From an uncultured Candidatus Binatia bacterium (lineage in GTDB: Bacteria > Desulfobacterota > Binatia > UBA9968 > JAJDTQ01): DNA of 64,000 nucleotides. The notes below the pieces were generated by a model that was not told the origin of the DNA, did not search any database, and was given only the letters and a program-made list of their open reading frames with translations. Positions 21,434 through 30,451 of this stretch are shown piece by piece. A program made the translations under genes and the position numbers. The stretch spans positions 2,638,103-2,702,102 of the forward strand of contig OZ241979.1 in assembly GCA_965204235.1 (NCBI GenBank), written 5' to 3'. The stretch's first letter is position 1. Every line of letters starts with the position of its first letter.

Positions 21434-21595
21434 CGGCGCGTACGATTCAGTCGCGGATTGGAACAGGGATATGAGGCGCTTCAGCAATTCGTGTGGGTAA
21501 TGGATCTTTGGGCAACGCCATGGGAGACAAGGGCGTGGGCACCCACGCCGGTATCGGCAGCGGCGAGAAATAAACATTCTTGGAAACCAAGTCCA

Positions 21596-23632
21596 TCAAC
21601 TGGGAAGTTCCAGTTCGTGAATGAAAGGGCTTAGCGGCGCTTGATCTGGGCCGATCAGCATAATGACTTGTTCTTTCGCCCTCGTAAAAGCTACATAGAA
21701 TAAGCGGCGTTCCGCTTCTAGCTGCGCTTCTGTTTCCGTTCTGGAATGAGGCCATACTTTGTCTAAAGCGCTGAGAATTACGACGGTTTCGAATTCCTTG
21801 CCTTTGGAGCGAGTAGCTGTCATCAAGTGTAGAGGCCGTTGGTTCAATCCTTCTGGGCCATTGTTGTCCTCGCTTTGTGCGTTGAACTCCTTGATGCGGT
21901 TCTGTGCCTTTTGTATCATCTCAGCCAATTGAATACCAGTCCAACCCTCTTGTTCAACTAAAGTCGCTAATTGCTGCAACGGTGGGTCTGCAAAAAATAT
22001 TTCGTTCTCGGCCCGCTCGAAGTCGTAACTCAAGCCGTCAAATTTCTTGTCCAAGCAGAGCAAAGCTTCCGATACACTGTCCGTGTTCAGGAAGTTGATT
22101 GCCGATTCATGCAAACGGGCTGCCGTCTTGCCACTAAGCGAGTTAGGGTAGTTTGGTATTGCTTCAATTGCTGATCGAGTAGTGGGGGGCGCTACTGAGT
22201 TGAGGTAGGCGGTCATACCATCGCGGTCTTTTTTACCGAAAGGCCGTTTTCGTATCAGGTCACATATTGCAATAGCTGATCTCACGGCTTGACCGGGCCA
22301 ATTTTGCTCGTCTTTCCGGTCCAGGATTTCGAGCAGTTGGGTTATATCCTGGAAGGCTTTGTTTTGGAACAGGTCCAAATCGGTAGCTGTCTCGAATTCC
22401 ACTTCGTTGGATGCGAAGTGGATTTCATAAGGGATGAGCTGTGCGCGCATACGGCCAATAACAGCTACTCGTCCAGGCCTGGTTTCACGGACGATGTTGG
22501 TTACATAATCCAGTTCAGTTTTGATGTCACTGGTAGGTACTATTTCAATTCGCGCATCGCCGTTTGTGGGCAAACCTCGTACAATTTTACTAACGCGCCG
22601 CTTGTTGTGGGCGATCAACTTTTGGGAGTGATGGACGATGTTACGGGGTGAACGATAGTTCACTTCTAGCGTATGACTCGTAAAACGCTGGGCAAAGTGA
22701 GCTTCAGGTTCCAATATGAACTCGGGACTAGCACCCCGCCATTCAAAGATCGCCTGGTCGTCGTCGCCAACAATGGTTAAGGCGGCATCGTTAGCCTTGA
22801 CAATCAGGTCGATCAGAGACAAGTCTAGCGGATTGATGTCCTGAACTTCATCGACTAAGACGTGGTGGAATCGGCTTGGCGACGGAATCGGATTTGCTGT
22901 GGGCAGATCCAGGTAATTCCAGTATTTCTGGTCTTCAAAGGTGAAGGTCAGTTCGCCATGCAGCCGTTCCACTACCTGGCACCAGAAAAGAAAAAAGTTG
23001 TCGTAGAGCTGGCGACGACTTTCGGAAACACTTTCATCGTTGTCACCAGTGCTTTCCAGCACTCCTATTCTGGTCAGTTCCTCGAATTGCTTGGCTATCA
23101 GGCTCCATAGGCCTCGATCTTTCAGCTCATCGACGTGGCTGTTGAAATTCTCAAAGTCGGTGTGCTGGATGTGGTTAAAACGCAAAGATTTCAACGCGTC
23201 AATGATCGTCATGAGGTCGCGCGGCCCGCTTGGTTTGTTGAGAAATGGGGCTATATTGGAATGCTGTCTTACGATTGGTGCTAGCTGGTTTTTGAAGGCG
23301 AAAAACCGGCTGGAACTGTCGGTGAGCAGCTTGGCGTTGCCGTGGCGGTTACGCAGTCTGCGCCATCCCCACGCGTTTAAGGTAGTGGCCTTAACCGCAT
23401 TCCGGAGTTCGGCAAAGTTCGCATCGTTGTCCAGCCGTTCTCGTATTTCGGCCGCCGCCGCGTTGGTGAAGCTGAGCAATAGAAAGCGCTGTGGCTCGTC
23501 GCTCTTTTCCAGCAAGTAGCGACAGCGGTAGAGCAGGGAGTTAGTTTTTCCGCAACCGGCCGGGGCGAGCAAGCGGTTGTTCCGGCTATTCGATAGGCAG
23601 AAATCAAGTTGAGATTGGTCAAGGGTAATCAT
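21596..23632 (-). CDS. UvrD/Rep-family SF1 helicase (horizontally acquired)
   Basis: APAGCGKT, VDEVQD, VGDDDQAIFEWRGA, NYRSP, SKGKEF, ERRLFYVAFTRAK; markedly lower GC. Confidence 0.9.
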   Translation of the reverse strand: MITLDQSQLDFCLSNSRNNRLLAPAGCGKTNSLLYRCRYLLEKSDEPQRFLLLSFTNAAAAEIRERLDNDANFAELRNAVKATTLNAWGWRRLRNRHGNAKLLTDSSSRFFAFKNQLAPIVRQHSNIAPFLNKPSGPRDLMTIIDALKSLRFNHIQHTDFENFNSHVDELKDRGLWSLIAKQFEELTRIGVLESTGDNDESVSESRRQLYDNFFLFWCQVVERLHGELTFTFEDQKYWNYLDLPTANPIPSPSRFHHVLVDEVQDINPLDLSLIDLIVKANDAALTIVGDDDQAIFEWRGASPEFILEPEAHFAQRFTSHTLEVNYRSPRNIVHHSQKLIAHNKRRVSKIVRGLPTNGDARIEIVPTSDIKTELDYVTNIVRETRPGRVAVIGRMRAQLIPYEIHFASNEVEFETATDLDLFQNKAFQDITQLLEILDRKDEQNWPGQAVRSAIAICDLIRKRPFGKKDRDGMTAYLNSVAPPTTRSAIEAIPNYPNSLSGKTAARLHESAINFLNTDSVSEALLCLDKKFDGLSYDFERAENEIFFADPPLQQLATLVEQEGWTGIQLAEMIQKAQNRIKEFNAQSEDNNGPEGLNQRPLHLMTATRSKGKEFETVVILSALDKVWPHSRTETEAQLEAERRLFYVAFTRAKEQVIMLIGPDQAPLSPFIHELELPS

Positions 23633-24144
23633 CTTTTATCCTCCGCAAGCCGAAGCTTATCTTCCACTCGCCACGGCGCCTCGATCTCTGGTATCCTCGC
23701 GTACTTTTCCTTCCTACCCTATCCACACGAAAGCCGGAAGAGATTCTTTTTAGCCGCCTAGTACCGAACCTTTACATATAAGGATGGGCGGCGCAACCCC
23801 TGCTAGCCCGGGAAGGCGGATATCAAGATGATCGCCATTCTCCCCGGGCTTTCGGTGATCTCTGGCTTCTCTGGTTGCCTGCGAACAGCCACCGGCAGAC
23901 TTGGTGTCGGCGGTGGGTTCTCGGCTCGGTGCTGGACGCTACATTCTCGACCACCGACTTCGAGCCGCGCCCTTTGTCTGGCCCGCGGCCCGGCCCGATG
24001 AGGCGACCGATGATCTTCATCGACGCACTTGGACGCACGATCACGAGCAACGTCGGTTTCACCCCATCCCGCGCCAACCTAGCCCGAACGGTGATGCCAA
24101 GGTAAGGAACTTCGGATCAATTCTGGCTTGAACTCCCTTCCCCC

Positions 24145-24714
<570 letters not shown>

Positions 24715-24715
24715 G

Positions 24716-26206
24716 TCAGCGGTCCCTCTCCCAGGATTCGGCGAGCTCGATGGCCTTGAGCATTCCCCGCGCCTTGTTGAGGGTCTCCTGGTATTCGTTC
24801 CGCGGGTCGGAGTCCGCCACGATCCCCGCTCCGGCCTGGATGACAGCGGTGTCTCCTTGGAGGGTGATGGTGCGGATGGCGATGCAGGTGTCCAGGTTGC
24901 GGTTGAAGCCCAGGTAGCCGATGGCGCCGGCGTAGAGCCCCCGTCGTTGCGGCTCCAGTTCGCTGATGATCTGCATGGCCCGGACCTTGGGCGCGCCGGA
25001 GACCGTCCCCGCGGGGAAACAGGAGACGAACAGGTCCAGCGGCGTCCTTCCCCGGGCCAACTCGCCCTTGACGTTGGAGACGATGTGCATGACGTGGGAA
25101 TAGCGTTCGATGGTCATGAGCTGATCCACCTCCACCGAACCCACCTCCGCGACCCGCCCCAGGTCGTTGCGGCCCAGGTCCACCAGCATGATGTGCTCGG
25201 CCCGCTCCTTGGGGTCGGCGAGGAGGTTCTCCTCCAGGTCCTTTTCTTCCTGCGGGTTCCTGCCCCGGGGCCGAGTCCCGGCAATGGGCCGGAGCGCGAT
25301 GTTGCGCCCTGTGAGGCGAACGAGGATCTCCGGCGACGAGCCGATGATCTTGAGGTCGTCCAGCTCCAGGAAGAACATGTAGGGGGACGGGTTGGTGAAC
25401 CGCAGCGCGCGGTAGATCTCGAAGGGTTCCGCCCGCGTCCGGGCCTCCAGCCGCTGGGACAGCACCACCTGGATGACGTCCCCGGCCGCGATGTACTCCT
25501 TGCCCTTGCGCACCATGTCGTGGAAGGTCCCGGGCGTCACGTTGGACCGGAACCGGACCTTCGCAAGGGACCGGGGGAGGCGTCTGGCTTCCAGGCTCTT
25601 GGACGATTTCCGCAGGGAGGACCGTAGCTTCTCGATCCGTGCGTGGGCCTCCTGGTAGAGGTCGCGCAGGCGCTTGCCTTTCTCCACGTGGACGTTGTCG
25701 ATGATGGTGATGGTGTGCTTGAGGTTGTCGAAGCTCACCAGGGTGCGCACCAGCAGGAAGAAGACGTCCGGCGCCCCGGCGGCGCGTCCCGCGGCGTTGG
25801 GCGCCCGGTGCAGCCTCTCCACCGCGTCATACGCCACGTAGCCCAAGGCCCCGCCGGTGAAGGGAAGATCCGGCACGGTGGTCGCCGGCCGGTATCCGTC
25901 GAGGATCTCTTCCAGGGCCTGCAAGGGGTTGTCGCAGGTCCGGGCCTCCGTCTTCCGGCCTCGGGTGACCCGGACCTCGCGCCCCCAGGCCTCGAAGACC
26001 ATCTCCGGCGCCGTCCCCAGGAACGAATAGCGCGCCCACCGCTCGCTGCCCTCGACGCTTTCGAGCAGGAACGAATAGCGGTTCTTCCTGAGCCGGTTGT
26101 AGAAGGAGACCGGCGTTTCCAGGTCCATGAGGATCTCCTCGTACACCGGGATCAGGTTTCCCCGTTTGGCGAGGGCGGTGAAGTCGCGGTATGAAGGCAG
26201 GATCAT
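24716..26206 (-). CDS. trpE: Anthranilate synthase component I
   Basis: FLLESVEG, QVVLSQR, NPSPYM, PIAGTRPRG, FPAGTVSGAPK. Confidence 0.95.
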   Translation of the reverse strand: MILPSYRDFTALAKRGNLIPVYEEILMDLETPVSFYNRLRKNRYSFLLESVEGSERWARYSFLGTAPEMVFEAWGREVRVTRGRKTEARTCDNPLQALEEILDGYRPATTVPDLPFTGGALGYVAYDAVERLHRAPNAAGRAAGAPDVFFLLVRTLVSFDNLKHTITIIDNVHVEKGKRLRDLYQEAHARIEKLRSSLRKSSKSLEARRLPRSLAKVRFRSNVTPGTFHDMVRKGKEYIAAGDVIQVVLSQRLEARTRAEPFEIYRALRFTNPSPYMFFLELDDLKIIGSSPEILVRLTGRNIALRPIAGTRPRGRNPQEEKDLEENLLADPKERAEHIMLVDLGRNDLGRVAEVGSVEVDQLMTIERYSHVMHIVSNVKGELARGRTPLDLFVSCFPAGTVSGAPKVRAMQIISELEPQRRGLYAGAIGYLGFNRNLDTCIAIRTITLQGDTAVIQAGAGIVADSDPRNEYQETLNKARGMLKAIELAESWERDR

Positions 26207-26289
26207 GGGTGGGCGCGGACGTGCGGGTTTCCAGGGAGACTTTCAGGGAGACGTTCGACCGCGCTCATTCTAACCCAGAAACCCTCGCA

Positions 26290-26355
26290 GGGAAACTCTG
26301 GACGATTGCCGCCGTTCGTCATGAGCGTAGCGAAGCGAAGTCGAAGGACGCGCCT
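26290..26355 (-). mobile_element. MITE copy C (partial), overlapping the DUF192 gene start
   Basis: GGAAACTCTGGACGATTGCC..CGTTCGTCATGAGCGTAGCGAAGCGAAGTCGAAGGACGCGC. Confidence 0.65.
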
Positions 26356-26815
26356 CTCGGCCTTCGTTCGGAGCGTCCTGGCCGGCCCGTTGCTGCTGGG
26401 CTGTGTGTTCCTGCTCGGGGTCCAGGCGGGCTGCGAAGCTGCGCCGTCCGTGGTGATCGAGGGTCCGCAGGGAACCAGGGCCAGGTTCACGGTCGAGGTC
26501 GCCCATACGGTCCGGAAGCGGCAGTGGGGATTGAAGCACCGGCGCGACCTGCGGGAGGACCAGGGGATGCTGTTCGTGTTTCCCGACGAGCAGGAGCAGT
26601 GGTTCTGGATGAAGGACACGCCCCTGTCCCTGGACATCATCTTCATGAACCGCGGCCGCGAGGTCGTGGGGATCCTCCACGACACCGTCCCTTTCTCGAC
26701 TCGTCCCCTGACCGTCGGCGTTCCCAGTCGGTACGTCCTGGAGGTCCGAGGCGGGGTGGCGCGCCGGAAGGGCATCGCAGTGGGCGACTCCGCCCGCTTC
26801 AGCGGCATTCCGTAG
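26321..26815 (+). CDS. DUF192 family exported protein
   Basis: VEVA....R..GL, GMLFVF, FWMKDT.LSLDIIF, YVLEV; start uncertain. Confidence 0.85.
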   Translation: MSVAKRSRRTRLSAFVRSVLAGPLLLGCVFLLGVQAGCEAAPSVVIEGPQGTRARFTVEVAHTVRKRQWGLKHRRDLREDQGMLFVFPDEQEQWFWMKDTPLSLDIIFMNRGREVVGILHDTVPFSTRPLTVGVPSRYVLEVRGGVARRKGIAVGDSARFSGIP

Positions 26816-26834
26816 GCTGGCCTCCCAGGCCTGC

Positions 26835-26942
26835 TTGCATAGGACCGGTTATCTCCGTTGCATCTGCCCGGTTATCCTTGTTGCATATGGCCGGTTGTAT
26901 TGGTTACATATAGCCGGTTACTTCCATTGCATATGCCCGGTT
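26835..26942 (+). repeat. Array of five phased direct repeats, period 23 bp
   Basis: TTGCATAGGACCGGTT / TTGCATCTGCCCGGTT / TTGCATATGGCCGGTT / TTACATATAGCCGGTT / TTGCATATGCCCGGTT at 26835, 26858, 26881, 26904, 26927; 7-bp variable spacers. Confidence 0.9.
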
Positions 26943-26954
26943 CAGGCAGATGAC

Positions 26955-28217
26955 ATGATGGCAAGCGGCGCGTACCACTCCCGGATAGGCGATGCAGAGC
27001 TCGCCCGCCGGCTGCAATCCGCGGGCGCGGTGCTCATCGAGGGCCCCAGGGCCTGCGGCAAGACGGCCATGGCCCGCGAGGTGGCGGCCAGCGAGGTCTT
27101 GTTGGACGTGGACGAGAACGCGCGCCGCGCGGCCGCGGTGGATCCGATGCTGGTGCTGGCGGGGGACGCGCCGCGGCTCATCGACGAATGGCAGGTGGAA
27201 CCGGCGCTGTGGAACCACGTCCGGCGGGCCGTCGATCGGGGCAGGCTTCCCGGACAGTTCATCCTGACCGGCTCGGCGGCGCCCGCGGACGACCTCACGC
27301 GCCATACCGGGGCGGGGCGCATCTCCCGGCTCCGGTTGCGCACCATGACCTTGCTGGAGACCCGCCTGTCCACCGGCGAAGTCTCGCTGCGGGACCTGCT
27401 GCACGGCCGTTTCGAGGGCTGTGCGGATCCCGGCCTGACGCTGCGGGAGGTCGTCGCGCAACTTTGCCGGGGCGGCTGGCCCGGTGACCTGGACCTCTCC
27501 GATGAAGCCTGCCTGACTGCTCGCGCCGATTACCTGGAGGAAATCCGCCGCGTCGATATCTCCCGCCCGGATGGGGTCCGGCGCGACCCGGAAAACGTCG
27601 GCCGGGTGCTCCGCTCGCTGGCCCGGAACGTGGCCACCACGGTCAGCGCGCGGACCCTTGCAGCGGATGCCGGCGGCGAAGGCGGCCCGCTGGACGGCGA
27701 CACGGTGCGCGGCTACCTGGAGGCCCTGCGTCGGCTCATGGCCTACGAGGAGCAGCCGGCCTGGTCGCCGCACCTGCGCTCCCGGTCCTTCCTGCGTCGT
27801 GCTGCGAAACGGCATTTTGCCGATCCCTCCCTGGCGGCGGCCGCCCTCGGTGCGACTCCCGCCCGGCTGTTGGCGGACCTGGAGCTTCTGGGCCTGTTGT
27901 TCGAGTCCCTGGCCTACCACGACCTCTCCGTCTATGCCCGGGCCTGCGACGCGGCCGTCTATCACTACCGGGACAATACCGGCCTTGAAGTGGATACGGT
28001 GGTGGAGAACCGTCAGGGCGACTGGTGCGCCTTCGAGGTAAAGCTGGGCGCCGGGCAGACCGATGACGCCGCCCGGACCCTGCTGAGGTTCCGCGACCGG
28101 GTGGATGCGGCCAGGACCGGCGCGCCGCGGCTCCTGGGCGTCCTCGTCGGTTCCGGCTACGGCTACCTCCGGGACGATGGCGTAGCGGTCATACCCATAG
28201 GCGCGCTGGGACCCTGA
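26955..28217 (+). CDS. AAA+ ATPase (AAA_14) with C-terminal DUF4143 PD-(D/E)xK-like domain
   Basis: IEGPRACGKT, LIDEWQ, FILTGSA, GGWP, K.HFADPS, LFES, YHYRD..GLEVD..EVKLG. Confidence 0.88.
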   Translation: MMASGAYHSRIGDAELARRLQSAGAVLIEGPRACGKTAMAREVAASEVLLDVDENARRAAAVDPMLVLAGDAPRLIDEWQVEPALWNHVRRAVDRGRLPGQFILTGSAAPADDLTRHTGAGRISRLRLRTMTLLETRLSTGEVSLRDLLHGRFEGCADPGLTLREVVAQLCRGGWPGDLDLSDEACLTARADYLEEIRRVDISRPDGVRRDPENVGRVLRSLARNVATTVSARTLAADAGGEGGPLDGDTVRGYLEALRRLMAYEEQPAWSPHLRSRSFLRRAAKRHFADPSLAAAALGATPARLLADLELLGLLFESLAYHDLSVYARACDAAVYHYRDNTGLEVDTVVENRQGDWCAFEVKLGAGQTDDAARTLLRFRDRVDAARTGAPRLLGVLVGSGYGYLRDDGVAVIPIGALGP

Positions 28218-28265
28218 CGCGGTCTGCCGGGTTTGGCCTGCTTCCGTTCTCTCTCCCCCTGGAAG

Positions 28266-28312
28266 AGGGCGTCCTCCGCCTCCGCTTCGCTAGGCTCAGG
28301 ACGAACGGGAAT
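28266..28312 (+). mobile_element. MITE/REP core copy D (partial)
   Basis: GCGTCCTCCGCCTCCGCTTCGCTAGGCTCAGGACGAACGG. Confidence 0.55.
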
Positions 28313-28329
28313 GGAGGAAAGACCGGCGG

Positions 28330-29394
28330 TCAGATCTCCCGGAAGAAGTAGGGCCTGATGGATTGCAGGCGGTCTTCGTAGGTGTCCGGGTTCAGCAGCC
28401 ACAGGGTCGCCGCGATGCTGCTCAGGAGCGAGTTCCCGTCCTGGGAGGTGAAGCACATGCCCACCACCTCCCGTTCCCCCCTCAAGGCGAGGCTCTGGGT
28501 GACGATGGCGGTGTGGTTCAGGATGCGGCCGAACAGCCCGTGGTCCCGGCCGAACGAGAACACCGACGCCGAGGACTTCTTGTTGGTGACCGCGATGCGG
28601 GGGTTCGACCGCAGCCGCTGCACGAGCTGGTCCATGCCCACGGCCCGTTTGAGGATCAGGTTGAAGTGGATGGTGTGCATGTACTGGGTGTTGATCTTGA
28701 GGGCCGACGAGTAGATGTTGAGGTCCAGCCCCAGGGACTGGAACAGGTAATAGGCGTCCCGTCCCTGGTGGGTCCCGAACCGTTCGTCGTCGTGCCGCCC
28801 CACTTCGGGGGCCGGAATGAACTCCCCCTCCTGGCTGATGTCGTTGGCCCGGCGCATGCAGACGAACCTTCCGGCTTCGAGGTTGTCCTCCTTCTCCGGG
28901 CCCAGGGCCAGGGTGTCGATGAGCACCGCCAGGTTGTGGGTGTTGCAGCTCACCACCTGGATGAAACGGTCTTCCTCCCGGCGGAGCGCGGCGTCGTTGA
29001 TGCCCCGCGCGTACATCTTGCCGAAGCCGAACTCGCTTCCCTGCGCGATGAAGCCCTTGCCGTTGCCGGCGTACCGCTTGTAGTACTTCTCCTTGTTCTC
29101 GTTCCCCACCGGCGTGCAGTCGATGACCACGGTGGCCCGCTCGATGGCGGCCTCCGACTCGTAGGCGGGCTCCATCCCCAACTCCACGAACCGGTCCCAG
29201 TGCTCCCTGTCCGCGCTCAGTCCGGCCCCCTTGTCCCTGAGGGCCGTCACCTTCGACCGGTCGGTCACCCGGGGAGTCTGCTTGTTGAACGTCACCTCGT
29301 CGATCCCGAACGCCTCCCTGAAGGTCGATAGAATACCGATGAGGGGCTCACCGATGGTGCCCGTGCCGACAACGTGAACGATCTTCCGGTCCAT
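28330..29394 (-). CDS. Archaeal-type (class II) glyceraldehyde-3-phosphate dehydrogenase-like protein
   Basis: GTGTIG Rossmann motif, VIDCTP, AQGSE, VVSCNTH catalytic Cys, RRAND. Confidence 0.7.
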   Translation of the reverse strand: MDRKIVHVVGTGTIGEPLIGILSTFREAFGIDEVTFNKQTPRVTDRSKVTALRDKGAGLSADREHWDRFVELGMEPAYESEAAIERATVVIDCTPVGNENKEKYYKRYAGNGKGFIAQGSEFGFGKMYARGINDAALRREEDRFIQVVSCNTHNLAVLIDTLALGPEKEDNLEAGRFVCMRRANDISQEGEFIPAPEVGRHDDERFGTHQGRDAYYLFQSLGLDLNIYSSALKINTQYMHTIHFNLILKRAVGMDQLVQRLRSNPRIAVTNKKSSASVFSFGRDHGLFGRILNHTAIVTQSLALRGEREVVGMCFTSQDGNSLLSSIAATLWLLNPDTYEDRLQSIRPYFFREI

Positions 29395-29610
29395 GGCCTC
29401 GACTCCTCACGACTCGAAGCAGGTTCCGCGCCGCGCCCTTCCATGCCGCGGGAAAACCGACGCGCTCTGCGTGTCTCCCGCGGCGCGGCCCTGCAAGAAC
29501 CCTCCCTCATACCACACAAATCCTGTTCGGGAAACGGGGAGGAGGCGGTGCGGAAGGGCGTCAGATGGATGTGGACTGGGGTCCAGGGTCAAGGGGACCG
29601 TGGACTGATG

Positions 29611-30291
29611 CTACAGCAGCTTGGCCGAGGCGATCATCAGGGCGGCGAAGGCGATGACCACGCCGATGTTCCATCTGATGATGTCCACCTTGAGGTCAAC
29701 GAGTTCAGCTTTGGTGGCCATGTTCTTCTCGATGTTCTCTACCCTTCCGGTCAAGGATTGCACCTCGGTGGCCAAATCCTTGAGTTCGGCTTTGGTAGCC
29801 ATGTCCTTCTCGACCTTCTCGAGGGCGGCTTTGGTCGCCAATGCGGCCATGTCCTTCTCGATCTTCTCGACGGCGTCCTTGGTGGCCAGTGCGGCCATGT
29901 CCTTCTCGATCTTCTCGAGGGCGGCTTTGGTGGCCAGTGCAGCCATATCCTTCTCGATCTTCTCGACGGCGTCCTTGGTGGCCAATGCGGCCATGTCCTT
30001 CTCGACCTTCTCGAGGGCGGCTTTGGTGGCCAATGCGGCCATGTCCTTTTCGATCTTCTCGACGGCGGCTTTGGTGGCCAGTGCAGCCATATTCTTTTCG
30101 ATCTTCTCGAGGGCGTCCCTGGTGGCCAGTTTTTCCTGTTTTTCGGTCAGGGTGTCCACCTTGGATATCAGATCGGCGGTAGCGACGTTGGAGGCCGTGT
30201 CGAAAATTTCGACCACCGCTTCTGCGGTCTGACGGGACAAACCAGCGGTCTCGAGGCGGGTTACCGCCTTGTGTGTGTCAAGGGCGTGCAT
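29611..30291 (-). CDS. DUF1640/CCDC90-like membrane-anchored coiled-coil protein, paralogue 1
   Basis: Head LDTH..V.RL..AG....QAEA-type, ATK neck motifs, C-terminal IIRW + TM helix. Confidence 0.8.
   Translation of the reverse strand: MHALDTHKAVTRLETAGLSRQTAEAVVEIFDTASNVATADLISKVDTLTEKQEKLATRDALEKIEKNMAALATKAAVEKIEKDMAALATKAALEKVEKDMAALATKDAVEKIEKDMAALATKAALEKIEKDMAALATKDAVEKIEKDMAALATKAALEKVEKDMATKAELKDLATEVQSLTGRVENIEKNMATKAELVDLKVDIIRWNIGVVIAFAALMIASAKLL
29800..30126 (-). repeat. 48-bp coding tandem repeat (6 x 16 aa plus a 13-aa copy)
   Basis: ATK(A/D)A(L/V)EK(I/V)EKDMAAL units. Confidence 0.9.
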
Positions 30292-30297
30292 GTTCCT

Positions 30298-30326
30298 ACT
30301 CTACACCTTGTCTCGAATTCTGGAAA
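30298..30326 (-). promoter_or_regulatory. Putative leaderless sigma70 promoter, paralogue 1
   Basis: TTTCCA-N17-TAGAGT-N6-ATG. Confidence 0.55.
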
Positions 30327-30416
30327 GAGCCTGGCAGTGGCGGCGCCAGGGAGGACGCGCCTCGGTCGCTCCTCCGGGGACGCCGGCAGGGACGAGAGAG
30401 TCGTCCTTTCCCACCC

Positions 30417-30445
30417 TTTCCAAACTCCCCGGCAAGGTGTAGGAT
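30417..30445 (+). promoter_or_regulatory. Putative leaderless sigma70 promoter, paralogue 2
   Basis: TTTCCA-N17-TAGGAT-N6-GTG. Confidence 0.55.
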
Positions 30446-30451
30446 CGGAAC

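Noticed and set aside
21596-23632. Gabija system
   Set aside because: No GajA-like ATPase/TOPRIM gene adjacent.
23640-24130. Short ORFs between uvrD and trpG
   Set aside because: No recognisable motifs or consistent codon bias; possibly decayed DNA.
26835-26942. CRISPR array
   Set aside because: 16-bp degenerate repeats with 7-bp spacers are far too short; no cas genes.
26835-26954. N-terminal extension of the AAA ATPase from TTG 26835 (ORF track)
   Set aside because: Reads through the 23-bp repeat array (period not a multiple of 3); ATG 26955/26958 fits the family start.
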